From positions 248,001-312,000 of the forward strand of contig RSEE01000062.1 of NCBI GenBank assembly GCA_003971905.1: a stretch of 64,000 nt of DNA, read 5' to 3'. Shown here piece after piece: positions 23,346 through 36,567 of this stretch. The position numbers and the translations under genes were made by a program. This DNA is from Moniliella sp. 'wahieum'. Its lineage: Eukaryota. The notes under the pieces are model-generated. The model had not been told where the DNA came from. It made no database searches and saw only the letters and a program-made list of their open reading frames with translations. Every line of letters begins with the position of its first letter. The stretch's first letter is position 1.

Positions 23346-25181
23346 TCAAAGCGGGTTGGGCGCATCGATGTTGACCGACACGGCCTTAACCTGGACGTAG
23401 TTCTCCAGGGCGTAACTAGCGTTTTCACGACCAATGCCGGACGCTTTGTATCCGCCGAATGGTACTTGGGCCGAAAGCGCATTGTACGTGTTGACCCATA
23501 CCGAACCGGCCTGGAGCGCATGCGCCGTCTTGAGCGCCTTGGAAATGTCGCGCGAGAAGACCGGCCGCCAAACCGTACATGGAATCGTTGGCCTTGTGCA
23601 GCGCTCCTCATGGTCTTTGAATTTGTGCACGACCACACAGGGCCAAAGATTTCTTCGCGGCTGATCACCGAGTCTTCAGCGCAATCAGCAAAGATGGTGG
23701 GCTCGACGAACCATCCAAAAGGCTTGCCTTGGCCGTAGTACCTGTCGTCGGTCAACGCCTTGCCGCCGTGACGAGGGTGCCCTCGGTCTTGCCACCTCGA
23801 TAAAGTGCATGATACGGTCGTACTGTGCCTTGGAAATCTGCGGGCCGAGGTAAGTACCCTTTTCAAATGGGTCGCCGACCTTGAGGGATTCAAACTTGGC
23901 CTTCAAGCCAGCCAAGAAAGGTTCGTAGATTTTCGTGGACGTAAATCCGCGTGCCAGCGCAGCACGTTTGGCCCATGTTGAAGTTAACGCCCATGGTGCA
24001 CCACGACACGGCCTTTCCAAGTCAGCGTCGTCCAAGACGACCGAAGTGACTTGCCACCCAATTCGAGTGGACCTTCTTCAAGTTAGTGTTGGCCGCGGCC
24101 TTCATTACCACGCGTCCGACCCGCGTCGAACCCGTGAAGGAGATCTTGTCAATATCGTGGTGTTCGGCCATGGCGTTACCTGCGCCCGTGCCGAGGCCCG
24201 TGACGAGGTTTCACGACGCCCTTGGGGAAGCCCGCTTGGTCAATCAACTCAAACAGTTTCAATGCCGACAGGGGAGTGTTTTCCGCCGACTTGAGCACGA
24301 TCGTGTTGCCCGTAGCCAAGGCCGGGCCCAGCTTCCACGCGGTCAACATCAGAGGGTAATTCCACGGCACGATCGCGGCACACACGCCAATCGGTTCCAA
24401 GCGCGTGTACTGGAACAAATGCGGGTTTTCTCCTGACAAGACTTGGCCCGAATGTTTGTCGGCCCAGCCGGCAAAGTAGCGGATGGCCTCGAGCAGTTGC
24501 GCCACATCGAACGCCTTGGCAATCTCGACTGGTTTGCCATTGTCCAGCGTCGATCGCCGCCAGCTCATCGTAGTTGTCCTCGATCAGACGGGCGAGCTTG
24601 TTGAGCAGGACGGCACGCTGGGGTCCCGTGGTGTGCAGACCCCAGGTAGTCTTGAATGCGCGTCGGGCCGCCTGCACGCCAAGTCGACATCGTGTGCGTC
24701 GCCCTGGGAAATCTCGGCAATCTGCTCGGTCGTTGCGGGTTGAACACTTGCAGCGTTTCCCCCGTCATCGACGGCACCCACTCACCACTACCCCACACAC
24801 AAAAACAAAAGTACGACCCAGGTCAGCATCCTGCCCACGAGCGCGACAGCGCCCTAGAGTGAAAGCACAGCCATCAGCGAACGGGAGCAATAAACGTACT
24901 CAATGTACAGGCCGCCATTGAAGCTGCTGCGTTGCCCGTTGGGGAACTGGAGGTGAACTTGGGGCAGAGGGTTGGGGTTGAGTAGGCGCGGGTGGCCAGG
25001 GCAGGCGCCACGGCCGGCGCAACGGCAGCCGCAGGCGATGCGATAGCGGCGGCGCGGTGCAAGCCGCGAGCGACGAGGGCCGAGGAGCGAGGCAGGTGGC
25101 ACGCACGCTGGCGCGGACGACCGCCGGGGTGGGGGTGCGGAGGGAGGCACGGAGAGGCTGTTGGAGCACGGCGGAGCGCAT
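23346..25181 (-). CDS. Mitochondrial NAD(P)+ aldehyde dehydrogenase (ALDH1/2, Ald4/5-like); intron 24788-24899
   Basis: Arg/Ala/Ser-rich presequence (MRSAVLQQPLRASLR...), GGLYI|DGEWV, TLDNGKP, RYFAGWADK, EPIGVCAAIVPWNYPLM..WKLGPALATGNT, GQTCCAG catalytic Cys, EEIFGPV, PFGGYKASGIGRE. Confidence 0.96.
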
Positions 25182-26828
25182 GGGGGGGCTGGTGGGGGGG
25201 GGGATGGGAGGAGACGGGGGGGGGGAGAGCGGGGGGGGGGGGGTTATAAGTGTTCTGGGCAGGCTCCCGCACAAAGCTGCAAGCTGCAAAAAAAGCTGGG
25301 AGAAAGACAGACGGCAGCCGACGTGAGACTGGGCTGATGGGGCCGAGGCGGCGGCGAGGGCGATGGGAGCCGAGACAGGGGAGCAGCACACCAGCGCACC
25401 CGAAGAAGGCCGCACAGAAGCGGGGGTAAGGCCGCCGGTGGGCCGAGCGCTGGGTGGCTGTGGCGGGGTGGGTGATGCCGAGGAGGCGCAGGCAGAGCCT
25501 CGGCATCGGCCATGGAAGCCCAGCGCCTCCGACGATGCAAGAGCGCACGACACTCCCTCCGTCAACAAAAGCGAGCGCCGCCGCGGGACGGGACGAGTGG
25601 TGGGGCCTGCAACCAGCCCCCCTGAGCTTAACCGCACCGGGAGCCGCCGGGGGCCGCCGCTGCCCCCAACGGGCGCCGCCCCCGTGCCGCGCTGTGCCGC
25701 CCCCCGCGCCGCCGCATGGGGACGCAGCCGCACCCGTGGGCCCGCCCCCTGCCGCACACAACGACGTCATCGCGGCTAATCTCCACCGCGCGCGCTGCCC
25801 GCACACAGGCCCCGTGCCTTGGTGATCGCTCGGCGCGTCAGCGCTCAGCCGCTCCGCCTGCTTGCACAGAGTTTGCACGTGCATCCAACCACCGGTGCGG
25901 GCACGCTTATCCGCGCTCCCGGCGGGCAGACAACGCCGCCGGTGCGACACGGTCCGAGCGGGTATAGCCACACACTGGCGCTGTGCGTGGGCCCTGACAT
26001 GCGCAATGCAAAATGCTTGCCCACGATGAATGCATGATTGGGGAGCGAGGGGTGACACGGTGACGAAGGCGGGCGTGTGCCCAGCACCAGCACGCACCAG
26101 GCGGCGCAGCCCCCAGCCGCGGCTCCAGCTTCCAGCGCGGGGGGAGGGAGGCGTGAGATGTGAGATGCAGATGCGAGGCCGAGCGCAGCGACCCGGCAGG
26201 GGCGCTGTGTGCGCTGTGTGCGGTGGCTGGTGCCACGCGGCTCTGGCGCAGCGGGGGGCTTCCGCAGCCTCCGCCGGCAGCGACCCAGCCTCCCGCCGGC
26301 AGCAGCCCCAGTGTCCAGCCCCCACCAGCTGCAAGTTCCCTGCCACCGTCGTAGGCAATTCCATCATTCATCATTCGTATCGTTACTGCCATGCCCGACT
26401 TACGCGTTACGCGTTACGTAGCTTTCGTCCCCGGTCCCCTTTGGGGTCACATGTCACATATCCCATTATCACATTATGTCCACGATTCATGATTTACGAG
26501 CCCAGAACAGGAGGCAAAAAGACGCCGACAAACAACAGACTAGGGGCCGTGCCAGCTGCCAGCTGCCAGCCCCAAAAAGAGAACAAGATTCATTGGCAGG
26601 TTACGCGTTACGCATGAACATCATGCACAGTCTGTCGTTGTCACCGCCGTTGTCACTGTGGCTGTTGGTTGTCGCGGCTGGGTGTAGTTTCGCAGCACAG
26701 AGTGGAGCAGCCGTCCACGTCATGCACCTTGCGTCTTGCGTCTTGCCGCTCGCCTCTCGCAGTGCCCATCCCGCACATGCCATTTCGCATTTCGCATTTG
26801 GCATTTGGCATCTCACAGCTCGTCCGGG

Positions 26829-29800
26829 CTAGGGGCGCGGCTGTAGCAGACGGATCGCGGCGGGAGCGGGATGCCGGGGTAGAAGCTTGAGATCCAGCGT
26901 GGGACTCCAAGTCGGCAAAGTGATCATCAAAGTAATGTGCGGCGGTGGATCGTGGAGTGCGCGGGGTGCGGGGGAGAGTATCGACCTGAGCAGCGGCAAA
27001 GATGGAGAACGCCACGAGTCCCGTCCAGCCTTTGGTGGGACGCGCCCAACCCCTTGCCCGAGTCGCCATGGAAGAATTCATGGAAGAGGACCAAGTCGCG
27101 GCATGTGTAGTCCAAGAAGGGCACGCCGCCGTTCGCCGGTCGACGACCGGTAGGGTCACGCAAGAACAGCGAGATCAACGTTCTTGTAGTTCGCTCGCTA
27201 CTTCGCCTAGGGTCGCCATTTCCCCCGAGCCAGTCGGGAACTCGATGTGGAACGTGTCGCCGTAGTACTGGTAGAACCGCTGTAGACTCTCAATCAGGAG
27301 AAAGTTGACCGCCAACCAGATCGGTCCGCGCCAGTTGGAGTTACCGCCAAACATGCCCGAGTGCGAGTCGCCGGGCCAATAGCCAGCGGAGAACTCTTGT
27401 CCATCAATCGTCGTGGTAAAAGGGTGGTCTTGGTGGTACTTGACAAGGAACGAATGCCATAGTCCGATAGGAACTCCGACTCGTCCAACATGCGGCGCAG
27501 GATGTGTTCCAGTCGCTCGCGGTTGACCATGGCCAACAGACGACGGTCACCCTTACCGGCGGTGGACATGTTGGCAATGTTGCGTTGGGCCAGATCGCTG
27601 CGGTTGTCAAGGAACCACTGCATGCGCCGCGCAAAGGAGGGGAACCGTTTCAGGATAACAGGCTCAATCGTCAAGGTAGCATACAGTGGCATGAGCCCCA
27701 CCAGCGACCGCAGCGGGATAAGCTGCGACACCCCGTTTCCCCACGAGATGGCATCGTAGTAAAACTTATCCTCCTCTGACCACAGCGATACATCCTCCTC
27801 ATCGTCCGCGTTGCGGTACGTCATGGCGTCCGAGATGTAGATAAAGTGCTCAAAAACTTGCTGGCAATGTCTTCGTAGGTGGGATTGTGCTTGGCCAATT
27901 CGAGGCCATGCTGAGCATCGTAGTGCATAAAACGCCATCCATGCCGTCCCATCGGCTTGGCGCAGCTTGCCGCCGTTGGGCAGCGGCTCCGAACGATTAA
28001 AGGGTCCAATGTTGTCCAGACCAAGGAAGCCCCCCTCAAACACACCCGATCCCGATGCATCTTTGCGGTTCCTGCCAGGCAAATGTAGGTCAGCAACAAC
28101 ATCCTCTCGCTCGGTGGCTCGGGAGCCGATACAGCGGGGCAAGAGGGGAAGGGGGAGGCAGCTACGTACGTCCACCATGTAAAGTTGAGCAACAGTTTCT
28201 GGAACACACGTTCCAAGAAGGCCAAGTCCTCGTGCCCATGAAGTTTCCGCTCCAGCTTGAACACACGGAACGTAGCCCACGCGTGCACGGGCGGGTTGAC
28301 ATCAGAGAAGGACCATTCGTAAGCCGGCAAAGCTCCGTCGGGCTTCATGTACCATTCGCGAGTGAAGAGGTCGAGCTGTTTCTTGGCAAAGGCAGGATCG
28401 ATCATAGCGAGCGGAATGCAGTGGAATGCGGTGTCCCACACGGCAAAGAAAGGGTACTCCCACTTATCGGGCATGGAGAGGATGTCATGCGCATACAGGT
28501 GGCGCCACTCGCGGTTACGAACCGTTTGCGTTCAGGAGGAGGCGGTGGTTGGGCCGGATCGCCCTTGATCCATTCGCTCTGGATGAACTGGTAGAACTGC
28601 TTGTTCCACAACATGCCTGCCAACGCCTGCCGCATCACCTGTCGCATGTCGTCGCTTGCCGCGCCCATTTCGAGACGGGAGTAAAACTCGTCCGCTTCCG
28701 CACGACGGTCCTCCAAAACTTGATCAAATGCATCGTCGTCGTCGATGGTTGGGTCATCGGTAGGTGTCTTAGGCGTCAACTTGAGTCGCACCACCGCACA
28801 ACCGCCATTGGGGGGGACGGAATGGAAGACATAGTGTGCCCCCTTTGGTGCCAACGTTGGCTGGGTTGACATAGTCCCTCATCCGCTCCGTGGTTTGAAC
28901 AAAGTATTCCTCTTCTTCTTCGACTTCGACCATCTCCTCAAGAGACACATACTCTGTCACTTCATCGTACTCGGTCACTTCGTCCGCCTCAACCAACTCG
29001 GGGGGAAACTCTGAGGCGTGGAGGAGTCACCGTTTTGGTTCCGTCATCCTCACCCTCGTGAGCCGACGGTGGCACCGACTTGGGTTTGAGCACTGTGAAC
29101 GGCTTGGAGACTATCTTGGGCACGCGCTTTTTCACTGTGCGAGTGTGTCGCGTAGGCGCCGGCTTATCCTTGGCAAGGCGATGTTCAAAGATGATATGGT
29201 CGTGGAACGCATCTTTGGCGAACGTGTTGGCATTCGTCCCGCCATAGAGGCGCTCAAAGTTGGTCTCATTCTCCGTAAAGACTCAGGTACTACCTCCCCG
29301 TCCGAAACCAGCTCCACTTGGGTACTGCCACGCGCGACGGGCAAGCTCGGGGAAGGGGAGGTGGAGCAGTACAAAAAGTACCGTCCCAAATCATCGTGGT
29401 CCGCCTGGACGACGTAGTCATCGACAAGCTGCAACGAAGGCTTGGCTGACTTGCCCTCGTCCCAACTCCACGTGTTGCGGAATAAGAGTTGGGGCATCAA
29501 GTGCAAATCCGCCGGCTCGGAACTGCGATTGAAGGCAGAGATGCGGATGGAGGTCGCATTTTCCTCATCCTCGTCCTTGGCATATTCGATGATCACATCC
29601 CAGTACCGACCCTCATCAAAAATGTCCGTGTCGGTGATTTCAAACTCGTTCACGTCCCGGTTGCGGTTGGTGGATTCGCGAACAAGCTGCTCGTAGGGGT
29701 ACGGCGTTTGGGGATACTTGTAGATGTACTTTTGGTACGAGTGGGTCGGCGTGTTGTCAGCGTACCAGTACAGTTCTTTAACGTCTTCACCGTGGTTACC

Positions 29801-30730
29801 CTGCGGGTTGGGAATGCCAAACAAGCGTTCCTTCAAAATAGAGTCTTTTCCATTCCACAGGGCCAGGGAGAAGGCCAGACGACAATGACTGTCCGAGATA
29901 CCAGCCAGGCCATCTTCTCCCCAACGATAAGCCCGCGAGCGGGCCATCTCATGGGGAAAGTGAGACCAAGCATCGCCATTGGCCGAATAGTCTTCGCGCA
30001 CCGTTCCCTGTACAAGCAAGTGGGATGCCAGTCAATCTACAGCCCTGTGCAAAAGCAAGAGAACGACATCGCAGCCAAAGAGAGGAACGTACCCATTGAC
30101 GCTCACTCACGTACGGCCCCATCGCTTCCAGTACCGCTCCTTTCTTCCATCTTCGAGGAGCCGAGTGCTTTCCTTTGATGCCCAAGGCAAATCGGAAGGG
30201 AGGTAGGCCGAGGGGCGGCGCGCAGCGGCCGTGGCAGCGGCTGTGGCAGCTACCGTGGTAAAAGGATCAGTGTTGATCGTAGGTGCGCTCGGTGCAGCCC
30301 TGTCAAGGTAGTATCGGTCGGGATGGAGGAGATGGACGCGACCTCGTCCATGGTGGAGGGTTCGGCAACGTACTCAAAGTCGTGCGCACTGGCATCACGG
30401 GTGCGGCTTCCCCCGGTCGCGCTTTGGCTTTGGCTGCGGGAGCGGGCCGTGGGGGAGAGAGTAGCGTCGCGCTCGCGCTCGGCTAGAATGTGGTGGTCCT
30501 GTGTGTAGAAGGAGCCGCGCGGGGTGTGGGTGGGACGGCGGGACTGGAGGGCCTGGGAGTGGCGGCGGGCATGCTTGGTGCGGTGCTGGGGTAGCCGCTG
30601 GGGGTGGTGGGCATGAAGGCGTGGGGCGCGATGGCAGCCACGTCAGGGGGAGGGAGGTCGATGGCCAGGCCGCCCGGAGGGGAGGGGCGGGGCCAGAGGG
30701 GGTGGAGGGGGCAGCGGGGGGGCTGGCCAT
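26829..30730 (-). CDS. GH63-like / MGH1-like glycoside hydrolase (yeast YMR196W-type); introns 30008-30092 and ~28076-28169; 3' end approximate
   Basis: GPYVSERQW|GTVREDYSANGDAW, RSRAYRWGEDGLAG, GNHGEDVKELYWY, MPDKWEYPFFAVWDTAFH, EWYMKPDGALPAYEW...DVNPPVHAWA, FLGLDNIGPFNRS, QADGTAWM, GGNSNWRGPIW, FHEFFHGDSGKGLGASHQ. Confidence 0.92.
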
Positions 30731-31192
30731 GGAGGGTGGTGGTGGGGGGAGATGGCACGGGATGCCTCCCCCTCCCCCCACGTCTGCAATCCAGGCAACG
30801 CATGCTGCCCGTTCCACGGCCGACACGTGACTGGTCGCCGCACGGGGCCAGTGTTGGGACGAGGCCGGGCTGATCTGTGCGTCGCTGCATTGGACCAGCG
30901 GCTGGAGCACCGCACCAGGCAGCAGTCTGCGCTGCCGATGGTCGAGCCATCGCTCGATATCATCCATCATCCATCCTCCATCTCATCGGCCATCGGCCAT
31001 CCTCAATCGTTAGTCAACCACCAATCGGCCCGCCAGCCGGTCTGAGGCCCTGAGGTCTGATCGATCTGAATCTCACTCACTACGCAGTCTGAGTACTCAC
31101 TACTCCTCAGCCTCCGCGGGATCAATTTCTGCTGGGCCGAGGGGACCAGCCCATGCTTCGACCTAGTCCCACTACCGCACGCTCCGCACGGC

Positions 31193-32360
31193 TTACTCTG
31201 GTACCCCAAGCCACTGGCCGTCCAGCTGCACGACCCTATCCTGGGTCACAGCGAACGAGACCGGGTGGGTGGTGACGGAACCTTGCGCCCGTCGGTGCAC
31301 GCGCAGTGTTCCCTGAATCTGGGTTGGGCGTTTCGTGCCACGCTGCTCGCGTTGGGCCAGTGCAGCGGCTTCGTCCAGCTCGGCAGGCTTTAATTTGGTG
31401 CAGGCTGCTTGCGCGGCTGTCAGGCTCAGTTCCATCTGGACGGGCAAGGTGGAGAGCCAGAAGGAGGGCCAGGCACGGCTCGCTGTCAGCGGGTCTCGGT
31501 TGGTTAGGACAACACATGCCCCGCTCGCTTTGCGTATCCTCTCCAGCTCGGCAGTGATGGTGTGAGCCGTCTTGGTCGAGGCTGGGTCGCCAGGACAGGT
31601 AAGTTGGTCTACCACGAGCAAGTCTGGGGGTCGAGCAGAGCGTGCCACCAGGCGCGAAGCACGGATTGGGTTGGTCAGTCCAGTAGATGCAACAGGTTGG
31701 TTTGCCGGAGCAGATCCATCTAGCAGATCCATCTAGCCTCTCCATGTCAGCCGAACGAGAGATGAGGAACGTACCCAAGGTCTCGTCTGTAGAAACAACG
31801 CGCTGATGCAACTTTCTCAGTGCGGCTAGGAGGCCTACCGATCCACGTGGGCGGAGCAAATGAAGTCCACAGAGTGCCGCATCAGTTTGGAGGTTGAGCT
31901 GCTCGGCAGCTGTTCCATCTCCCGCAGCCTGCAGATGCACATGCACACGCGCCCGCGTCTCCTGCCACACGCGGCGAATGGGGAAGCGGGCAGACATATC
32001 CATCATCCAAACGTTTCTCGGTGCACCCATTGAGTTCGCACGAGGGGGTACCAAGACCTGAGCAAGCAGGTGCGCCACCAGAGCCGACTTGCCCGTGCCC
32101 GTCGGCCCAATGATGAGCGCCACCTGGCCCCGACTGAGAATGCTAGTATCTGGGTATGGACCAGGCGGGGTGGGCGCACAGTCAGTGGCTGTCAGAGCGA
32201 ACAGAAAGGAAATGAAAGGAAAGGAAAGGCTGCGCCGTCAGCGTCTGTCCAAAGCGGATGGAAGAGGATGATGCAGATGCACGTACGTCCACTTCATCCA
32301 GGATGCTGTGCAGGAACTGTGAGCCGGGGACAGAGTCAGCCACGGGACAGGGCGCCGCAT
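31193..32360 (-). CDS. RAD51 paralog, XRCC2/Rlp1-like RecA-fold ATPase; introns 32189-32286 and 31720-31774; start codon uncertain
   Basis: Walker A GPTGTGKS followed by LLAQVLVP, VWMMDMSARF, LHLLRPRGSVGLLAAL, Walker B LLVVDQLT, CVVLTN. Size and motif order fit XRCC2-like paralogs. Confidence 0.75.
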
Positions 32361-32766
32361 GGCCTGTTTCAAATACGCGACATGAGGCCTGGGGAGAGAG
32401 GGGGTCCTATATCATACCGCAGTGGCGCGTTCGTGCCCTATGTCGACCAAGCGCACAGATGACATCAAGGGGGGCAAGGCGAAGTTGGTGGCGGCAGTGT
32501 TGAACCACAGTGAACTATTTGCCTAATTGAAGTGCCCGTCGCTCACCGCGCTCACCCCCCAGGGGACTGACGCGATGCCGGGCGTGCCATAAGCCATGCT
32601 CTCGCGCTTGGAATCACCCTAATCCCAAACTTGACCGGTGATCAACACATCTCCAAATGCCCAAGTCAACCGCAACTAGATCCACGTTTACAAGTGCTGT
32701 AAATGGTAGACGGCCAGATGTCATTGGAAAAACACACGAGGAGACGATCGATGAGGTCGTGCCTTT

Positions 32767-35700
32767 TTACTGGCACTCAGGCCTCAGGAAAGACGTGCTG
32801 TCGACGCGGATCGCGATAGACGAAGATGCTGCCCTCCAACTCGGCTGGCAGACGGTGGTCCGCACTGGCATAGGCGCCTGGTGTGCCGAAAGGATCGACA
32901 CATCCGAGTTGGAGCCGGAACCGGTGGACAGGAATAAGTACAGTTGGGTAGGGTGTGAAGCGGACGCGCACCGTACCCGACTCCACAATTGGCTCAGAGT
33001 CAGGTACAGCGCATGCAGCCTGTGCCTCTTCGGGGTGCTCAGGATCAGCGAGGAAAAAGAAGACACTGACATAGGTTGGGTTTCGGGCTCGATAGAGGTC
33101 GTTTTCCTCTTGGTTGTTGCCTTGGGAACATTGCCCTCCTGATTGATCATGGCCAAGTACGACATGGGACATTTTTCAACGAGTTCTCTTCCACAAATTT
33201 GCTCCGGAACAGTAGACTTTCAAATTGATCAAAGGTGCGGCGTATAGCATGTATAGGTGCAAACGTGTGTCGGCTGCAAGCCTCGCCTCAACATGGCCCC
33301 ACAGAGACTTCGAACGCTCATCGCCCGTGTTGGAGATCAGGTTCCGCATTCCATCTGTTTCCAAAGGCTTGAATTGACGTTGGAGTTGGTACCCGACTGG
33401 CCTGGGAGGCACGCGTCGCATATTGTCCGCATCGCGGCCAAGTTTTGTTTCGTTCCTGCGCCAAGATAGCATGTCGACCACGAGGTCATGTTTTTTGATC
33501 AGCTGAATATGCCAGAAGGGAAGGGTCTCATTATTAATCTGTTCTCCATGTGCTCGTTGCTTCTTTCATGCGGAGTGGGCCAGTGGAGACAATGTGACCA
33601 ACGCATCGTATCTGGTCAACCAGATGGAGGAGAGTGTGTTGGGACATTCTGTTTACGATATGGTCAGCTCGGTCCGTAACGAGGAATCATCGCATAAGAG
33701 TACGTACGCCATTCTTTTGCAGAGTTCGCTGCGCTGCTCCCCCTCCGCATCGGTTACGAGAAGCCTCTCCAGCAGTTCGGCATAGGCCTTTTGCGTCTCT
33801 TGCAGCTCGCTGATGTCGGCCTCAGTAAGACCGCTTGCATCCATGACGATTGCAGAAACTTGCATAGGAGGCTCCATAGTTGCACACCATCAGGATGGAG
33901 GTATCGTCAGGCTGCAGCTCGCCAGATCGAACCAGCACTTGCTCGCCAACCAAGAAGGGTACTAGAATCCCTTGAACAGCTACGCGCGTTCCCACATTGT
34001 CGTGTCGTCGAAATTTGCTGCCAGGCTGCGGGGGGCAGCCTGACCAATGTCTGGCGGACAGAGCTTGTTGCTGGATTCGAGCACCATATACATCCGTTTC
34101 TTGGCCGATTCGGGAGTCGCAAAACACCAACATAGTCCCTTTCCGGGCTGTTCCTCCGAAATGCGGACGCAAGTAATCTGACCATGTCTCGAAACACGTC
34201 TTGACAGATCAGATGCATAGCCTCCACAGGGCTCGTTCCAAACTCATCATAGGCGTTGGCGAAGCAGCTCAAGGGAGGGACATAGTCGCCGTCTCTCATG
34301 TTAAAACGGAAGCCAGTACTCTCTTGTATGTCTTGGGCGCTGGCCGTGCGTTGACTAATCGGGCGGGACTGCAAATAATGCAGAAGAGCGGCCATATCCC
34401 CGTCGCGTCGTGTGAGAAGCTCGCCTCTTTCGTGGAATAGACTGGTCGCTCAGGACTCGCCGCAGTGAGGACACAGTTCAGACATCCAGCTCGGCCTCGG
34501 AAAAGGCTGAGGGGATTGATCAGGGCTGAGGTCTCCTGATCGCCAGTGAGAAAGATCAAGCTGGCCTTCCAGGTAAAGAACTCTTCTCGCGCCGCGCGTC
34601 GAACAGCTTGATTCCCTCTCGCTGTAGTCGCTCCAGATCCTTGAACACGGGCATCAGATAAGAGTCAATGTTTTGGGGGTACAGTGGTTGAAGGGACCTG
34701 GGATAATCCCCACTGTCCAACAATATCCCTCCTGGGCCCTAAACTCTGGAGGCAGGTTGTAGAGGGTTGCCTGATCATCCAGTATGGTTGCTTGCGGCCT
34801 GGGTTGAAATGGCCTGGATGAAATGGCCTGGTGTTGAAATGAGAGGCATGAATAGATAGCCCAATGAGTCCATAGCGAGGATCTTGAACAAGTTCGGGGA
34901 TCGTGGCACGCAACTTTCGATAAGGATCCACACCAATAATCTGCAATCCGTCGTTCAGCAGGCGGGGTCTGTTCCCATTCACGGAAAACCCGATCATGGT
35001 GGCATCATCTCTGCGTTCTTTTTGCTCATGAAAAAAGCTCTCATGATGCTTGGAATGGAGACGTAAACAGCTGAAGGATTGATCCGAAGATCAGCGTCTC
35101 GCGAGGGGGGAACGACCTGCCCGCAATCGCACTCAACCGGCTCGTTCGCAGGCCCGAGAAGCAACCCACACATTTTGGGACAAGACCTGATTTCGGCCGC
35201 TCGATATCCAGATTGTCGCACCGCCTTCCGCTCCGCGGCTATGATGCTGCCCGTCTCGTTCGAACCAGGGCCACCCTTTGTAAAAGCTGCCGAAAGGGCT
35301 CCCAAAACGTTGTGTCAGTTTGGCTGCCTATCATGCACATCCACGCATGGATGATGCCCCTGTCTTTCCACGTTGGAAGCTGGAGCCGAGCGAGCCGTCT
35401 TGTATGGTTAACTTCAGTCTCCACCTTTTTCCAGACCAAACCAGCCGCTGTCTTGACCATCAGGGCAAGTCCCGGTTGGACAAGATTCTTGAATGAATTC
35501 TTAGTGGCGTCTTGCATTTCCGCGAACCGAAGAGAAGCACCTCCTTGCAATTCTTCAGCCTCTTGACGCGCAATAAGCATCGGGGCCCAGAACAACGTGG
35601 GATCCGCCTGATCGCCATGCGCAGTTTCCACTCCATACAGTGTCAATGGCGGTATAGACATTGGGGTATTATTGCCCACAAGGTTATCAGGCTCCTCAAG

Positions 35701-36567
35701 CACATCGTCTGAAACATCGTCAAACCCATCCTCGTGCCCATATAGGGTGGCAATGGCATCCGCGAAGTTATCTTGAATTTGACGTTCAACATCCGTGTCG
35801 GTAAACGGTTCATCTTCCGTCTCGGTAAACTGTTCATCTTCCATCTCGGTAAACTGTTCATCTTCCGCCTCGACAAATCCTGTGTCTTGAAGTTGCTCCG
35901 CAGATTCGTTTTGGGCATCGAGGGTCGGTGGGGGAAGCTCAACCGGAGTAACGTGATCATCAACCAATTCATGGCGGATGAGAGGTGAATACGCGTTTCA
36001 TCCCCTCGAGAAGGCTCGGTATTCATACCTTGCTCCTCTCCAGGATGCTCATTCTCGACGTGAGGAAGAGGTGCATGGTCCTGAGGGCGATGAGAACTGG
36101 AGTGTCTCGGCGAGCAGCTCGACAGGTACATTTGGTGTGAACGTTGGTTCGGGCTCCCCATTCGATTCCAAAATGTGAAGATTGCGTCCCGAACGTCCCC
36201 GTGCTGCACATAGGGGGAATAGAGTAGTTTCCTGTAGGTCTGGCAGACGCTGGAATGTGGAACGTACGCTGCCTATTGGTAGGTTGCATCAATCTGCCAG
36301 GGGTGGTCGCCAAGAAGCCTCGAGCATCCGACGGAACAACGGGATACCTCGCAATGACAGAGCCCTTTGTAAGTGTGTGTCAGTGTAGAGCCGCGCGTGC
36401 ATGCTTGGGTCATGCACATCGCTCTCGTGATCGATTCCGTAGTACTCGAGGATGTGACGCCGGATGGTACTCCAGACATAGCGCGAACGTCCCTTACATG
36501 ACCTGCATGGGCAAGGCATGGCACCACGCTGGGCGAGGGCACCGGAATTCTGCGGCATAATGCTCAC
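32767..36567 (-). mobile_element. CACTA/EnSpm (CMC superfamily) DNA transposon transposase, fragmented into many frames
   Basis: N-terminal PCPCRSCK...TIRRHILEYYG; RSCPKMC...CDC; YVSIPSIMRAFF...AEMM; DPRYGLIGLS; TLYNLPPEFR; WGIIPGP; FLTGD...GCLNC; VEAMHL; HTLLHLVDQIRCVG...W..PHER. The region is visibly less GC-rich than flanking host genes. Confidence 0.85.
35795..35870. repeat. 24-bp in-frame tandem repeat in the transposase (ExEDEQFT)x3
   Basis: GGTAAAC(G/T)GTTCATCTTCC units read directly; protein EAEDEQFTEMEDEQFTETEDEPFT. Confidence 0.85.

Noticed and set aside
25182..25243. Long G-runs (possible G-quadruplex) next to the ALDH start
   Set aside because: This is the complement of the C-rich leader seen before many genes here, and homopolymer lengths are unreliable in this assembly.
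28880..29000. Acidic repeat insert (DEVTEY x2, EEEEE) in the GH63-like gene
   Set aside because: Low-complexity loop insertion with no evidence of a separate function.
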